Assembly: GCA_044344255.1 (NCBI GenBank)
Contig: JBIJDH010000011.1
Coordinates: 64,001 to 128,000 of the forward strand
Reading direction: 5' to 3'
Length of the DNA stretch: 64,000 bases
Origin: Myxococcota bacterium
GTDB lineage: Bacteria > Myxococcota_A > UBA796 > UBA2385
A program made the translations under genes and the position numbers. Shown here one piece after another: positions 18,746 through 27,480 of the stretch. Each line of letters starts with the position of its first letter. Within the stretch, counting starts at the first letter, position 1. A model generated the notes under the pieces. It had not been told where the DNA came from and ran no database searches. It saw nothing but the letters and a program-made list of their open reading frames with translations.

Positions 18746-18761
18746 TGGCATGGCCCCTGCA
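18746..18761 (+). promoter_or_regulatory. sigma54 (-24/-12) promoter for the 18829 lipoprotein
   Basis: TGGCATGGCCCCTGCA with exact GG-N10-GC spacing, 67 bp upstream of the ATG. Palindrome TGAC-GCTT-GTCA at 18666-18677 lies upstream. Confidence 0.7.
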
Positions 18762-18828
18762 ACAGGCCTCGCATCGGCGGTGACCCTGAAGGTGCCGGAC
18801 CGAGCCCTGACGCCCCTCGGAGACGACC

Positions 18829-19776
18829 ATGCGAATCCTCTTCTTCTCTGTCCTTTGCTCCGCCTCCTCCCTCTCTTTGATCGGCTGCGAGGACAAGGCG
18901 AGCAGCTCCGACACCGCGTCCGCCGACGGCGGCGGCGACGATGGCGGCTCCGACGGCACGGACGGCACGGACGGCACGGACGGCTCCGACGGCTCCGACG
19001 GCACGGACGGCTCCGACGGCTCCGACGGCTCCGATGGCTCCGACGGCTCCGATGGCTCCGACGGCACGGACGGAACGGACGGCTCCGACGGTGGCTCCGA
19101 CCCCACCGCCGAGCTCCGCTTCGTCTCCGTCACCCCCAACATGAACCCCGTGCTCTTCGACGCCATGCACGTCGACGACTCGACCCGAGTGCAGCGGAGC
19201 CTCTACGAGACCCAGGGCACCGAGTACATCACCGTCCCGAGCACGGGCGAGACCCAGCTCACGGTCACCGATGAAACCACCGAGGACGTGCTCGCCTTGA
19301 CCACCGGCCTCTACCTCGAAGAGGGCAAGCGTTACTCCGTGGCCTACATGGAGGGCGGTGAGCTCTCGGTGCTGTTGGACGACGACAGCGGCGTCGCCGC
19401 CGATCACACCCGCGTCCGCGTCGTCAACGCGGACCCGGCCGGGACGGCGAACAGCTGGATCGGCTACTGGAACGGCGAAGGCTACCCGATGGACTACACC
19501 TTCGACCTCGCGTATGGCGCGGACTGGCAGGCCGACCTGCCGACGGCCACCAGCCCGGTGCAGCTCGAGCTCGTCTGGCCCGCCCTCGACAGCCTGCTGG
19601 TGGACTGGAACATCTCCGCCTTCACCCAGGTCGATCCCGGCTCGATCGTCAACCTCTACGCCTACAACAACAATGACTGCAGCTTCGTCAGCGAGAGCTG
19701 TGCCCCCATGATCATCGGTCAGTTCGAGGACGGCAGCACGGCGACGGTCGAAGGCTCCTTCGGGTGGGCGATGTAA
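18829..19776 (+). CDS. Lipoprotein with a (DG[ST])n linker and DUF4397-like beta-sandwich domains
   Basis: Signal peptide ending LIGC, 15 DG[S/T] units, then AELRFVSVTPN...LEEGKRYSVAY...TRVRVVNADP. Confidence 0.78.
   Translation: MRILFFSVLCSASSLSLIGCEDKASSSDTASADGGGDDGGSDGTDGTDGTDGSDGSDGTDGSDGSDGSDGSDGSDGSDGTDGTDGSDGGSDPTAELRFVSVTPNMNPVLFDAMHVDDSTRVQRSLYETQGTEYITVPSTGETQLTVTDETTEDVLALTTGLYLEEGKRYSVAYMEGGELSVLLDDDSGVAADHTRVRVVNADPAGTANSWIGYWNGEGYPMDYTFDLAYGADWQADLPTATSPVQLELVWPALDSLLVDWNISAFTQVDPGSIVNLYAYNNNDCSFVSESCAPMIIGQFEDGSTATVEGSFGWAM
18952..19095 (+). repeat. 9-bp coding tandem repeat (GAYGGN-ACG/TCC), about 16 units
   Basis: Encodes DGT/DGS x15 plus DGG. Confidence 0.95.
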
Positions 19777-19802
19777 CCCCGCCTCCTCCAGGTTGAAGCT
19801 GG

Positions 19803-19831
19803 CGGCGCCAGGAGACCCCCTCCTGGCGCCG
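19803..19831 (+). terminator. Perfect 12-bp hairpin after the lipoprotein gene
   Basis: CGGCGCCAGGAG-ACCCC-CTCCTGGCGCCG followed by TTATA. Confidence 0.65.
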
Positions 19832-19864
19832 TTATAGGATCCGTCCCCCTCTGTGGAGCACCCC

Positions 19865-21763
19865 ATGTCCTTCGCCACCCAACCACTGCACGCTCCCCCC
19901 GCATTACGCGCCGCGCTGCAGGAGAACGCACGAGTCTTCGCCATCGGCGTCTCCGCCTACGACCACTTCCCCAGCCGGCCGGTCGAGAGCGCGACGGAGA
20001 ACGCGCTGGCCTGGATGGTGGTGGCGCTGCGAATGGGGGTCACACCCAACGGGAACCCGCTGATGGTCGAGCTCATGGCCGATCGGACGGTGTTGCAGGC
20101 GCGGCTCCGGGCCACCCTCGAGCTGGCCGATCTCAGCGCGGCGGAGCGCCAGGGCGTGGACAAGCTGCTCAATGATGTCTCGGCGGCCGATCCCGTCGGC
20201 TGGGACGTGCGCCGCCCCACCGCCGCCAACTTGATGAGCGCCCTCATCTACCTCGGCAACCACCTCGAATACAACCCGAGCTGCCGCTTGCTCCTCAGCT
20301 TCTCTGGCCACGGGGTGATCGACCAGGGGCGCCTCGCCCTCGCCGCCGCCGACGCACGACAGGGGGCCCCGCAGCCCACACGAACGGAGCTCGTCGCCCG
20401 CGCCGAGGCCCTCGCCGTCGATCTCGAGGCCCGGGCCGGCCGCCCGGACCTCTACGGCTTCGTCGATGATCCGGCCCACACCTTCTCCGCCGGGGCGGCG
20501 CTCCTCCGGGCCATGGCGAAGCGGGCCGACAAGGTGGGGGTGCTCCCGGAGCTGCTCGACGTCCTCGCGGCACCCCTGGAGCAGATGGGCCGCCGCTTCC
20601 GGGCCGAGGTGATCCTCGCCCTCCTCGAATTCGTGTCGGGCAACCTCGGGCGGTTGATCCCCTCCCTCACCGCGGCGCCGAGGCCCCCCGCGGCCGAGTG
20701 GACCGGGGTGCTCGGGCCCGTCCACCTGATGTTGGCGCTCGGCCGCCACGACCGCCGGGTGACCCTCATCCTCGACGCCTGCCACGCCGGGGGCCTCGGA
20801 GAGGGGCTCCAGGGCAGCCTCTCCGGGCACGGCTGGCAGGCGCTCGGCCTCGGCAGCCGCATCTTCAGCGCGACCGAGGGGGCAGAGCTCGCCGCCGAGG
20901 CCCGCATCGGCGACCGCCGCCGCAGCGCCGCCACCTGGGCCCTGACCCAGGTGCTCTCCCGCTGGGAGCGGGTGGAGGACGGCCCGGCCTACGCGCTGGG
21001 CATCCGGAACGGCGAGCTCGTGCTGCGGGCCAACCTGCTGCTCCAGGCCCTCTCCTTCCGCCAGCGCCTCTCGCTCCACGCCCCGCCGCCCAAGGGCTCC
21101 GAACCCCTCGCCTCCGACATGGCCTTCTTCGCCCTCTCCCCGAAGACCCGCACGACGGTCGACCCGTCGGCCAGCTCGGGCTCCATCCAGCTCGGCTCCG
21201 ACACCATCGGGCTGACCACCTGGCAGGTGAAGCAGGGCAGCGTTCTGCGCGCGGTGCTGCTCGCCGTCGGCACGGAGGCGCCCCCCTGGACCTACACCCT
21301 CCAGGTCGGGCAGAGTCAGGTCACGCGGACCTACGCGCCGAACACCCTGTATGTCTTCAGCAACGCCACCCACGTCTCCGCCCTGGCGGGGAGCGCCTTC
21401 ACGCTGTTGATGTTCGGCTGGGACGGCAGCGGCGCGCCTCCGTCCAGCTTCACGAGCGCGGTGAACGCCTTCAACAACGCACCGCTCTGCTTCATGCCCG
21501 CCACCGGTGACCCCGCGGAGCGCGCCTACGAGGGCCCGGCCAACCCCTCGGGGGTCTGCCGCTTCCTCCGCCCCGGGGGCAACCGCGAGGTCTTCCTCCG
21601 CTGGCTCGCGCCCGAGAGCGGCAGCAACGGCAAGCTCCAATTCATCAGCAAGGCGGGCTTCCCCTTCACGCCGGGGGACTTCGCCTCCTCGGAGATGAGC
21701 TTCGAGCAGAGCGCGACCCCGGGCTTCTCCGGCAGCTGCGTGGAGCGCGTGGTGTCGCTGTAG
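19865..21763 (+). CDS. Caspase-like (clan CD, C14-type) peptidase with a large insertion and an unknown C-terminal domain
   Basis: RVFAIGVSAY N-terminal strand, LLLSFSGHG (catalytic His) and VTLILDACHAG (catalytic Cys). Confidence 0.8.
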   Translation: MSFATQPLHAPPALRAALQENARVFAIGVSAYDHFPSRPVESATENALAWMVVALRMGVTPNGNPLMVELMADRTVLQARLRATLELADLSAAERQGVDKLLNDVSAADPVGWDVRRPTAANLMSALIYLGNHLEYNPSCRLLLSFSGHGVIDQGRLALAAADARQGAPQPTRTELVARAEALAVDLEARAGRPDLYGFVDDPAHTFSAGAALLRAMAKRADKVGVLPELLDVLAAPLEQMGRRFRAEVILALLEFVSGNLGRLIPSLTAAPRPPAAEWTGVLGPVHLMLALGRHDRRVTLILDACHAGGLGEGLQGSLSGHGWQALGLGSRIFSATEGAELAAEARIGDRRRSAATWALTQVLSRWERVEDGPAYALGIRNGELVLRANLLLQALSFRQRLSLHAPPPKGSEPLASDMAFFALSPKTRTTVDPSASSGSIQLGSDTIGLTTWQVKQGSVLRAVLLAVGTEAPPWTYTLQVGQSQVTRTYAPNTLYVFSNATHVSALAGSAFTLLMFGWDGSGAPPSSFTSAVNAFNNAPLCFMPATGDPAERAYEGPANPSGVCRFLRPGGNREVFLRWLAPESGSNGKLQFISKAGFPFTPGDFASSEMSFEQSATPGFSGSCVERVVSL

Positions 21764-21767
21764 ACCA

Positions 21768-24125
21768 TCAGCCCAGGCTGCGAAAGAGGCGCGCGCCCCG
21801 GAGGCTCGGGCGGGCGCTGGGAGGGTCACCGAAGCGGGCCGCCGAGCGGGCCAGGCCGAGGGTGCTCGACCAGGCCCCCCCCCGGGCGCTGATGAAGTCC
21901 ACCTCGGGGCCCGCGGGCCGGTGGACGAGGCGCTCACCATCCCCCGCGGGGCCCTCCTCCATCCAGCGGTTGCCGCAGAGGTCGCGCACGTTGCCGGCGA
22001 GGCCCCGGATGCCGTAGACGCTCTCGTCGAGCGGGAAGGCGTCCACCGGCACGGGCTCCGGCAGGGTCTGGCTCTGTACGATGCAGGAGAAGGCGGGATC
22101 GGCGAAGTCGCCCCAGGGGTACCGTCGACCGTCCACCCCGCGGGCGGCCTTCTCTCGCTCGAGCTCGTTCGGGAGCCGCCACCCCAGCCCCTCGAACAGC
22201 AAGAGCGCCCCGCCGAGGTCGATGTTTCGCACCGGCAGGCGCAACCAGCGCAGCGGGTCCACCTCCGGCGGCGGCCCGAAGCGGCCGTCGGGGAGCCGGT
22301 AGAAGGTGGGGGCGCCCTCGAGCGGGTGCGCAGGGCGCTGCGGCTCACGCGGGACGATGCGCAGGGCCTCCTCCACCCGATCGGCGGCGAGGAGCGCGTT
22401 CAAGTGGTGGAGCAGCTCCCCCTGGGAGAGGGGGAAGCGCCGGCAGACAAAGCCGTCCACCCAGACCCTGCGGGCGGTGAGGGCGTCGGGGGCCTCCGCG
22501 TCTCCCCCGGCGAGGAACCAGCCTGCGGGCACGTAGACGTCGTCGGGGCCGAGCTCGTCGGCGCGGGGGAGGTAGATGGGCAGGGGAGCGGAGGCCCCCG
22601 GCGGCAGCCCGTCCCAGCGCCCGGCCCGCGGCAGGGAGACCGGGTACCGCACGGGCGCGCGGCCCTCCGCCTCGACCTCCAGCAGGTAGCTCCCGGGCGA
22701 CAGGGTGAGGTCGAGGAGCGGCGTTCGACCGAGCTCGCGGGCGGGCCCGGGCTGGAGCTGCCGATCGACCAGGGAGAGCGGGCGGAGGCGGACCGGCGCC
22801 CCCGCAGGCTCGGTGTGGAGGCTGAGGGAGGCCGTGCCTGCGAGCCAGCGGCGGTGGTGACCACGATCGTGCTGGCGGAGCATCCACTCGGCCCGGGCCG
22901 CCGCTCCGACCTCATGTGCGGCCTCGGCGGCCTCCAGGGCCTCCCGATGATGGCGGGCGAGGCGGAGGTGGGCCTCGTGGAGGTCGGGGACGAGCTGGAG
23001 CGCCCCCTGCAGCCGCTGCTCCCACACCACCTGCTCGAGCGTGGCCTCGCGGAGGGCGGCCTCGGCCTCGTCCTGGAGGGCCCAGGCGGCTCGCTTCCGC
23101 TCGACCGGGTCGGCCCCCTTCACCCCGTCGAGCCGGGCGGCGGCGGCGCGGCCCCGGGCGGCGGCCTCCGCGCGCAGGGCGGTGATGCGGGGCGCGAGGG
23201 CGTCGGCCTCGGCGACGAGGAGCAGCGCCCGCCCCCGTCGCTCCCGGCCCTCCTGCACCGCGCGCACGGCGGCGGAGAGGGCGGCCACGTCGGGGAAGCG
23301 CACGTCGGGGTCGGCCGAGAGGGCGCGGTGGCAGATCTCACCGAGCTCATGGGGCACCTCCGCCGCGGGGTCGCGGAGGCGGACATCCTCCGGGGGGCCC
23401 CGCAGGGTCGCCGCCAGCAGCTCCCCGGTGGTGGAGCCCTCATAGGGGGGCTGCCCAGAGAGCATCGTGTAGAGCACGGCCCCGAGGCTCCACTGGTCGG
23501 AGCGCGGGGTGGGCAGCGCTCCCCGACCGGCGAGGAGCTCGGGGGCGATGTAGCCCGGCGTGCCCCCGAGCTCGCCCCCGAGCGGCGGAGCGTGGGAGAC
23601 GCGCAGCCCGGCGCGGAGCAGCGTCGCGAGGCCCCAATCGAGGACCAGCACCTCGCCGAAGTCGCCGAGGATGATGTTCTGCGGCTTCAGATCCTGGTGC
23701 AGCACCCCGCGGCTGTGGGCGAAGGAGACGGCGTCGCAGACGGCCTGAAAGGCGCCGAGCAGGCGGTGCAGCCCCCAGTCCGGCGGCGGGGCGCGGAGCA
23801 GCGCGTCGAGGCTGGCCCCCGCCACCCGCTTCATCACGTAGTACAGCCGCCCATCCTCGGCGACGCCGGCGTCGTAGACGGGCACGATGTTCGGGTGCTC
23901 GAGCTGCCCGGTGATGCGGGCCTCGGCCACGAAACGCTGGAGCGTCGCCCGGTCGGCCCCGACCTCCTCCCGGAGGATCTTGATGGCCACCTCTCGGCCG
24001 ATCTCCGGGTCCAGCGCCAGGAGCACCCGGCCCATCCCCCCGCGCCCGAGCTCCCCCTGCAGCCGATAGCGGCCGAGGCGCTCCTCCACTCCCGCCGCCT
24101 CACCCGTCCTCGTGTCACCCGCCAT
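21768..24125 (-). CDS. Ser/Thr kinase - helical linker - PEGA-like - FGE/SUMF1 (C-type lectin fold) protein
   Basis: LGRGGMG, VAIK, HQDLKPQN, VLDWG and GTPGYIAPE. C-terminal WRLPNELEREKAARG..YPWG, GLAGNVRD and RGGAW...GARL. Confidence 0.92.
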   Translation of the reverse strand: MAGDTRTGEAAGVEERLGRYRLQGELGRGGMGRVLLALDPEIGREVAIKILREEVGADRATLQRFVAEARITGQLEHPNIVPVYDAGVAEDGRLYYVMKRVAGASLDALLRAPPPDWGLHRLLGAFQAVCDAVSFAHSRGVLHQDLKPQNIILGDFGEVLVLDWGLATLLRAGLRVSHAPPLGGELGGTPGYIAPELLAGRGALPTPRSDQWSLGAVLYTMLSGQPPYEGSTTGELLAATLRGPPEDVRLRDPAAEVPHELGEICHRALSADPDVRFPDVAALSAAVRAVQEGRERRGRALLLVAEADALAPRITALRAEAAARGRAAAARLDGVKGADPVERKRAAWALQDEAEAALREATLEQVVWEQRLQGALQLVPDLHEAHLRLARHHREALEAAEAAHEVGAAARAEWMLRQHDRGHHRRWLAGTASLSLHTEPAGAPVRLRPLSLVDRQLQPGPARELGRTPLLDLTLSPGSYLLEVEAEGRAPVRYPVSLPRAGRWDGLPPGASAPLPIYLPRADELGPDDVYVPAGWFLAGGDAEAPDALTARRVWVDGFVCRRFPLSQGELLHHLNALLAADRVEEALRIVPREPQRPAHPLEGAPTFYRLPDGRFGPPPEVDPLRWLRLPVRNIDLGGALLLFEGLGWRLPNELEREKAARGVDGRRYPWGDFADPAFSCIVQSQTLPEPVPVDAFPLDESVYGIRGLAGNVRDLCGNRWMEEGPAGDGERLVHRPAGPEVDFISARGGAWSSTLGLARSAARFGDPPSARPSLRGARLFRSLG

Positions 24126-25668
24126 CGAGGTGCTTGTTCTTCAGGCGGAAGATGGTGCGCTTGGTCACGCCGAGCAGCCGCGCCGCCTCGGAGGCCGAGC
24201 CGCCGGATTGGGTCCAGGCGGTGAGGAACTCCGGTTGGCCGACGGTCAGGCGCCGGGGCCCGGCCGCCTCGGCGGTGACGAGCCGGACATCGTCGATGAC
24301 GCCGCTCTCCCCGGCGAGCAGGGCCGCGCGGTCGAGCACATGCTCGAGCTCCCGCACGTTGCCCGGCCAGGGGTGCCCAGAGAGGCGGTCGAGGGCTCGG
24401 CGGCTGAGCCGCAGCGGTCGGAGCCCGTGGCGGGCCACCGTCGCGGCGAGGATGTGCTGGATGAGGGGAGGGAGGTCTTCGGGGCGCTCCGAGAGGGGCG
24501 AGAGCTTGACCGAGGCCCCCGCGATGCGGAAGTAGAGGTCCTCCCGGAGGCGACCGGCGGCGATGGCCCGCTGAGGGTCCGCGTTGGTGGCGGCGACGAT
24601 GCGCACGTCGAGCCGGATGGGCTCATTGGAGCCGAGGCGGGTGATGCTCCGCTCCTGCAGGGCCACGAGCAGCTTGACCTGGCCCGAGATGGGCATGGTG
24701 TCGATCTCGTCGAGGAAGAGCGTGCCCCCGTTGGCCCCCTCGAAGCGCCCGATCCGCCGCCCGCGGGAGCCCGTGTAGGCCCCGGCCTCGCTCCCGAAGA
24801 GCTCGCCTTCCAGCAGCGCCTCGGGGACGGCGCTGCAGTTGAGGTGGACGAAGGGGCCCCTCGCCCGGCGGCTCCGCTGGTGGAGCGCGCTCGCGAGGCG
24901 GCTCTTGCCGGTGCCGGTGGGCCCGGTGATCAGCACGGGCACGTCATACTGGGCGAGGCGGGAGAGCTCGCGCAGCTCGGAGAGGAGGACCGGCGAGCGG
25001 GTGACGAAGCCGGGGAAGGGCTCGGCCATCGCGGCCTCGGCGGCCCGACTGAGCTGCTCGGCCACCACCGGCAGCCAGGCCGAGAGCGCCTGCAGCGCCC
25101 CAGCGTCGAAGCGCCCACGGGCGAGGGTGTGGTCGAGGTAGACGAAGCCGAGCGGCTTGCCCCCCTGGAGGATGGGCAGGCAGGCCACGCTCCGGAGCCC
25201 GAGGCGCTGAACGGAGCCGCGCTCCTTCCAGGTGGAGCGGGCGTCCTCGGCGGTGACGGCCGCGCCGCTCTGCAGGGCCTCCGTGATCACCCCGGTGGAG
25301 ACCTCGCCCTGAGGCGCCTCGATGTCCTCCGCCGCCAGGGCCCGGGCCTCCAGGAGCCGCCAGCCGCCCCCGGGCTCGATGAGGCCGACGAAGCCGCGCT
25401 CCGCCCCGGACACCGTGATCATCACGTCGAGCACCTCGCTCGCCACGAAGCCGGCGCCCTGGGCGGTCATGAGGCGGAGGGTGCGGTCGAGCAGGAGCTG
25501 GTGGCGGACCAGCTGCTCGTCCCGCTGCTGCTGCTCCCGCTCTGCCCGATCGAGCTGCTGACGGACGCGCAGAAAGTCGATGCGCAGCGCAGGCTCCAGG
25601 GAGACAACGCCCTCCTCCAGCGCGTGGAGGAGGTCCCGGGCAGCGGAGAGGGGCGGACGCAAGGGCAT
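24115..25668 (-). CDS. sigma54-dependent enhancer-binding protein (GAF + AAA+ + Fis-type HTH)
   Basis: GPTGTGKS, LNCSAVPEALLEGELFG, GAYTGS (GAFTGA variant), TLFLDEI, REDLYFRI, WPGNVRELEH, and HTH ASEAARLLGVTKRTIFRL. Start taken as ATG 25668. Confidence 0.93.
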   Translation of the reverse strand: MPLRPPLSAARDLLHALEEGVVSLEPALRIDFLRVRQQLDRAEREQQQRDEQLVRHQLLLDRTLRLMTAQGAGFVASEVLDVMITVSGAERGFVGLIEPGGGWRLLEARALAAEDIEAPQGEVSTGVITEALQSGAAVTAEDARSTWKERGSVQRLGLRSVACLPILQGGKPLGFVYLDHTLARGRFDAGALQALSAWLPVVAEQLSRAAEAAMAEPFPGFVTRSPVLLSELRELSRLAQYDVPVLITGPTGTGKSRLASALHQRSRRARGPFVHLNCSAVPEALLEGELFGSEAGAYTGSRGRRIGRFEGANGGTLFLDEIDTMPISGQVKLLVALQERSITRLGSNEPIRLDVRIVAATNADPQRAIAAGRLREDLYFRIAGASVKLSPLSERPEDLPPLIQHILAATVARHGLRPLRLSRRALDRLSGHPWPGNVRELEHVLDRAALLAGESGVIDDVRLVTAEAAGPRRLTVGQPEFLTAWTQSGGSASEAARLLGVTKRTIFRLKNKHLDGG

Positions 25669-25775
25669 CTCGGGGTTGTACCGCGGAGCGCTGCCGACTG
25701 GCGAGGGGGGCGAGCAGGTCGCCCGACTCGCCCGGCAAAACGGACGGGCGGACACGGGCGTGGTAAGGCAAGCCC

Positions 25776-26396
25776 ATGCAGAAGCTCCTCGCCGGCATCC
25801 GCGAATTTCGCAAGACCACCCGCCCGAGTTACCTCGCAAAGTTCGCGCACCTCGCCCACGGGCAGGCCCCAGACTGCCTGCTGGTGGCCTGCTCCGACAG
25901 CCGCGTCGTGCCCAACCTCTTTGCCAGCACAGACCCGGGTGACCTCTTCGTCGTCCGCAACGTCGGCAACCTCGTGCCGCTGCCCGCCCCCGGCGAGGGC
26001 GACCGCTCCACCCTCGCCGCCATCGAGTTCGCGCTCTACGCCCTCAACGTGCGGGACATCATCATCTGCGGCCACTCGTCCTGCGGGGCGATGCAGGCCC
26101 TCCTCACCGGGGAGCTCCCGAAGGGCGCCTCTGTGCTGCCGGGCTGGCTCGACCTCGCGCGCCCCGTGCTGCCTCGCCTCCCCGACTGGCCCACCGTCGG
26201 CCGAGACCTCCCCCCGGAGGACCGCCTGTCGCAGATCAACGTCCTCGAGCAGCTCACCCACCTCAGCCGCCACCCCGGCGTGGTCGAGCGGATGGCGGAG
26301 GGCCGCCTGGCGCTGCACGGCTGGTGGTTTGACCTCGGCGCGGCGGAGGTCTCCCGTTACGAGGCGGATCAGGGGCTGTTTAGACCGATCCTCTGA
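25776..26396 (+). CDS. Beta-class carbonic anhydrase
   Basis: CSDSRV, GDLFVVRNVGN, and ICGHSSCGAM zinc ligands. Confidence 0.96.
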   Translation: MQKLLAGIREFRKTTRPSYLAKFAHLAHGQAPDCLLVACSDSRVVPNLFASTDPGDLFVVRNVGNLVPLPAPGEGDRSTLAAIEFALYALNVRDIIICGHSSCGAMQALLTGELPKGASVLPGWLDLARPVLPRLPDWPTVGRDLPPEDRLSQINVLEQLTHLSRHPGVVERMAEGRLALHGWWFDLGAAEVSRYEADQGLFRPIL

Positions 26397-26465
26397 GCCC
26401 AGCCAACGGCTGCCGCGCCGCGCTCCCCCCCGCGTTACCGGCGGCGCCCCCCCCCCGGAGCCCTC

Positions 26466-27461
26466 ATGCCCCTCCGCCCCTGCCGACGCCCACGCTGCCG
26501 CTGGCTCCTCACCCTGTCCCTCCTGCTCGGCGCCTGCGGGAAGGGAGCGGGGGACAGCGGGGGCGACGGGGGCGCGGACGGAGGGGGTGAAGAGGCGGCG
26601 CTGCTCGATCATTACACCCTCTCGGGTGACACCCTGTTCCCGGAGAGCATCGCCTTCCACGCGGGGCAGCGGGCCTTCTTCGTGGGCAGCCTCGAGACGG
26701 GCGTCGTGACCCGCATCGAGGCCGACGGCGCCCAGTCGACGCTCTACAGCCCGGAGGCGGGCTGGATGTCGCTCGGCCTCAAGGTGGCCCCCTCCGCCGG
26801 CGACGTGTGGGTCTGCGCGACCTACCACTACGGCGAGCCCGACGTGACCTCCTCCCTCTGGGTGCTCGACCCGGCGTCCGGGGCGCTCCTCCACGACCAT
26901 GACCTCGGCGCCGTGGCCCCCGGGGCCGTGTGTAACGACCTCACCTTCTCTCCCACCGGCGACGTCTACATCACCGACCGGGAGGGCCCGAACCTCTATC
27001 GTGTCCAGTCCAACGGCACGGTCGAGCTCTGGCTGACCGACCCCGCCTTGAGCCCAGTCGCGATCGGTCAGAACGGGGTCGCCTGGACCCCCGAGGGTGA
27101 CCTCCTGGTCGGCAAGTATGCGCCCCCCGAGCTCCTGCGTATCGGCACCGGGGAGAGCCCGACGATTGAGGCGGTGACGGTGTCAGGAGACGGCCTCGGC
27201 TCGATCCCCGACGGCCCTGACGGCTTCGCCTGGCTGGGCGAGACCCTCGTCATCGCGGCCAACACGCAGGCCTTCCTGCTGTCCTCCACCGACGGCTGGG
27301 TGACGGCCTCCTCCTCCCTCGTCGTCCCGGAGGCGCCGATCGCCGCCGTCACGGTGGCCGAGGGCCGAGTCTATGGCCTCAAAGGAGAGGTCGTCCCCTG
27401 GGTGCTCGGCCAGGAGGTGGAGCTGCCCTTCGCCTTCTTCGACCTCGAGATCGCGCCCTGA
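26466..27461 (+). CDS. SMP-30/gluconolactonase-like beta-propeller lipoprotein
   Basis: LLGAC lipobox, LFPESIAF, CNDLTFSPTGDVYITD, QNGVAWTPEG and GPDGFAW. Confidence 0.8.
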   Translation: MPLRPCRRPRCRWLLTLSLLLGACGKGAGDSGGDGGADGGGEEAALLDHYTLSGDTLFPESIAFHAGQRAFFVGSLETGVVTRIEADGAQSTLYSPEAGWMSLGLKVAPSAGDVWVCATYHYGEPDVTSSLWVLDPASGALLHDHDLGAVAPGAVCNDLTFSPTGDVYITDREGPNLYRVQSNGTVELWLTDPALSPVAIGQNGVAWTPEGDLLVGKYAPPELLRIGTGESPTIEAVTVSGDGLGSIPDGPDGFAWLGETLVIAANTQAFLLSSTDGWVTASSSLVVPEAPIAAVTVAEGRVYGLKGEVVPWVLGQEVELPFAFFDLEIAP

Positions 27462-27480
27462 GGGCGCGCGGAGGAGTCCC

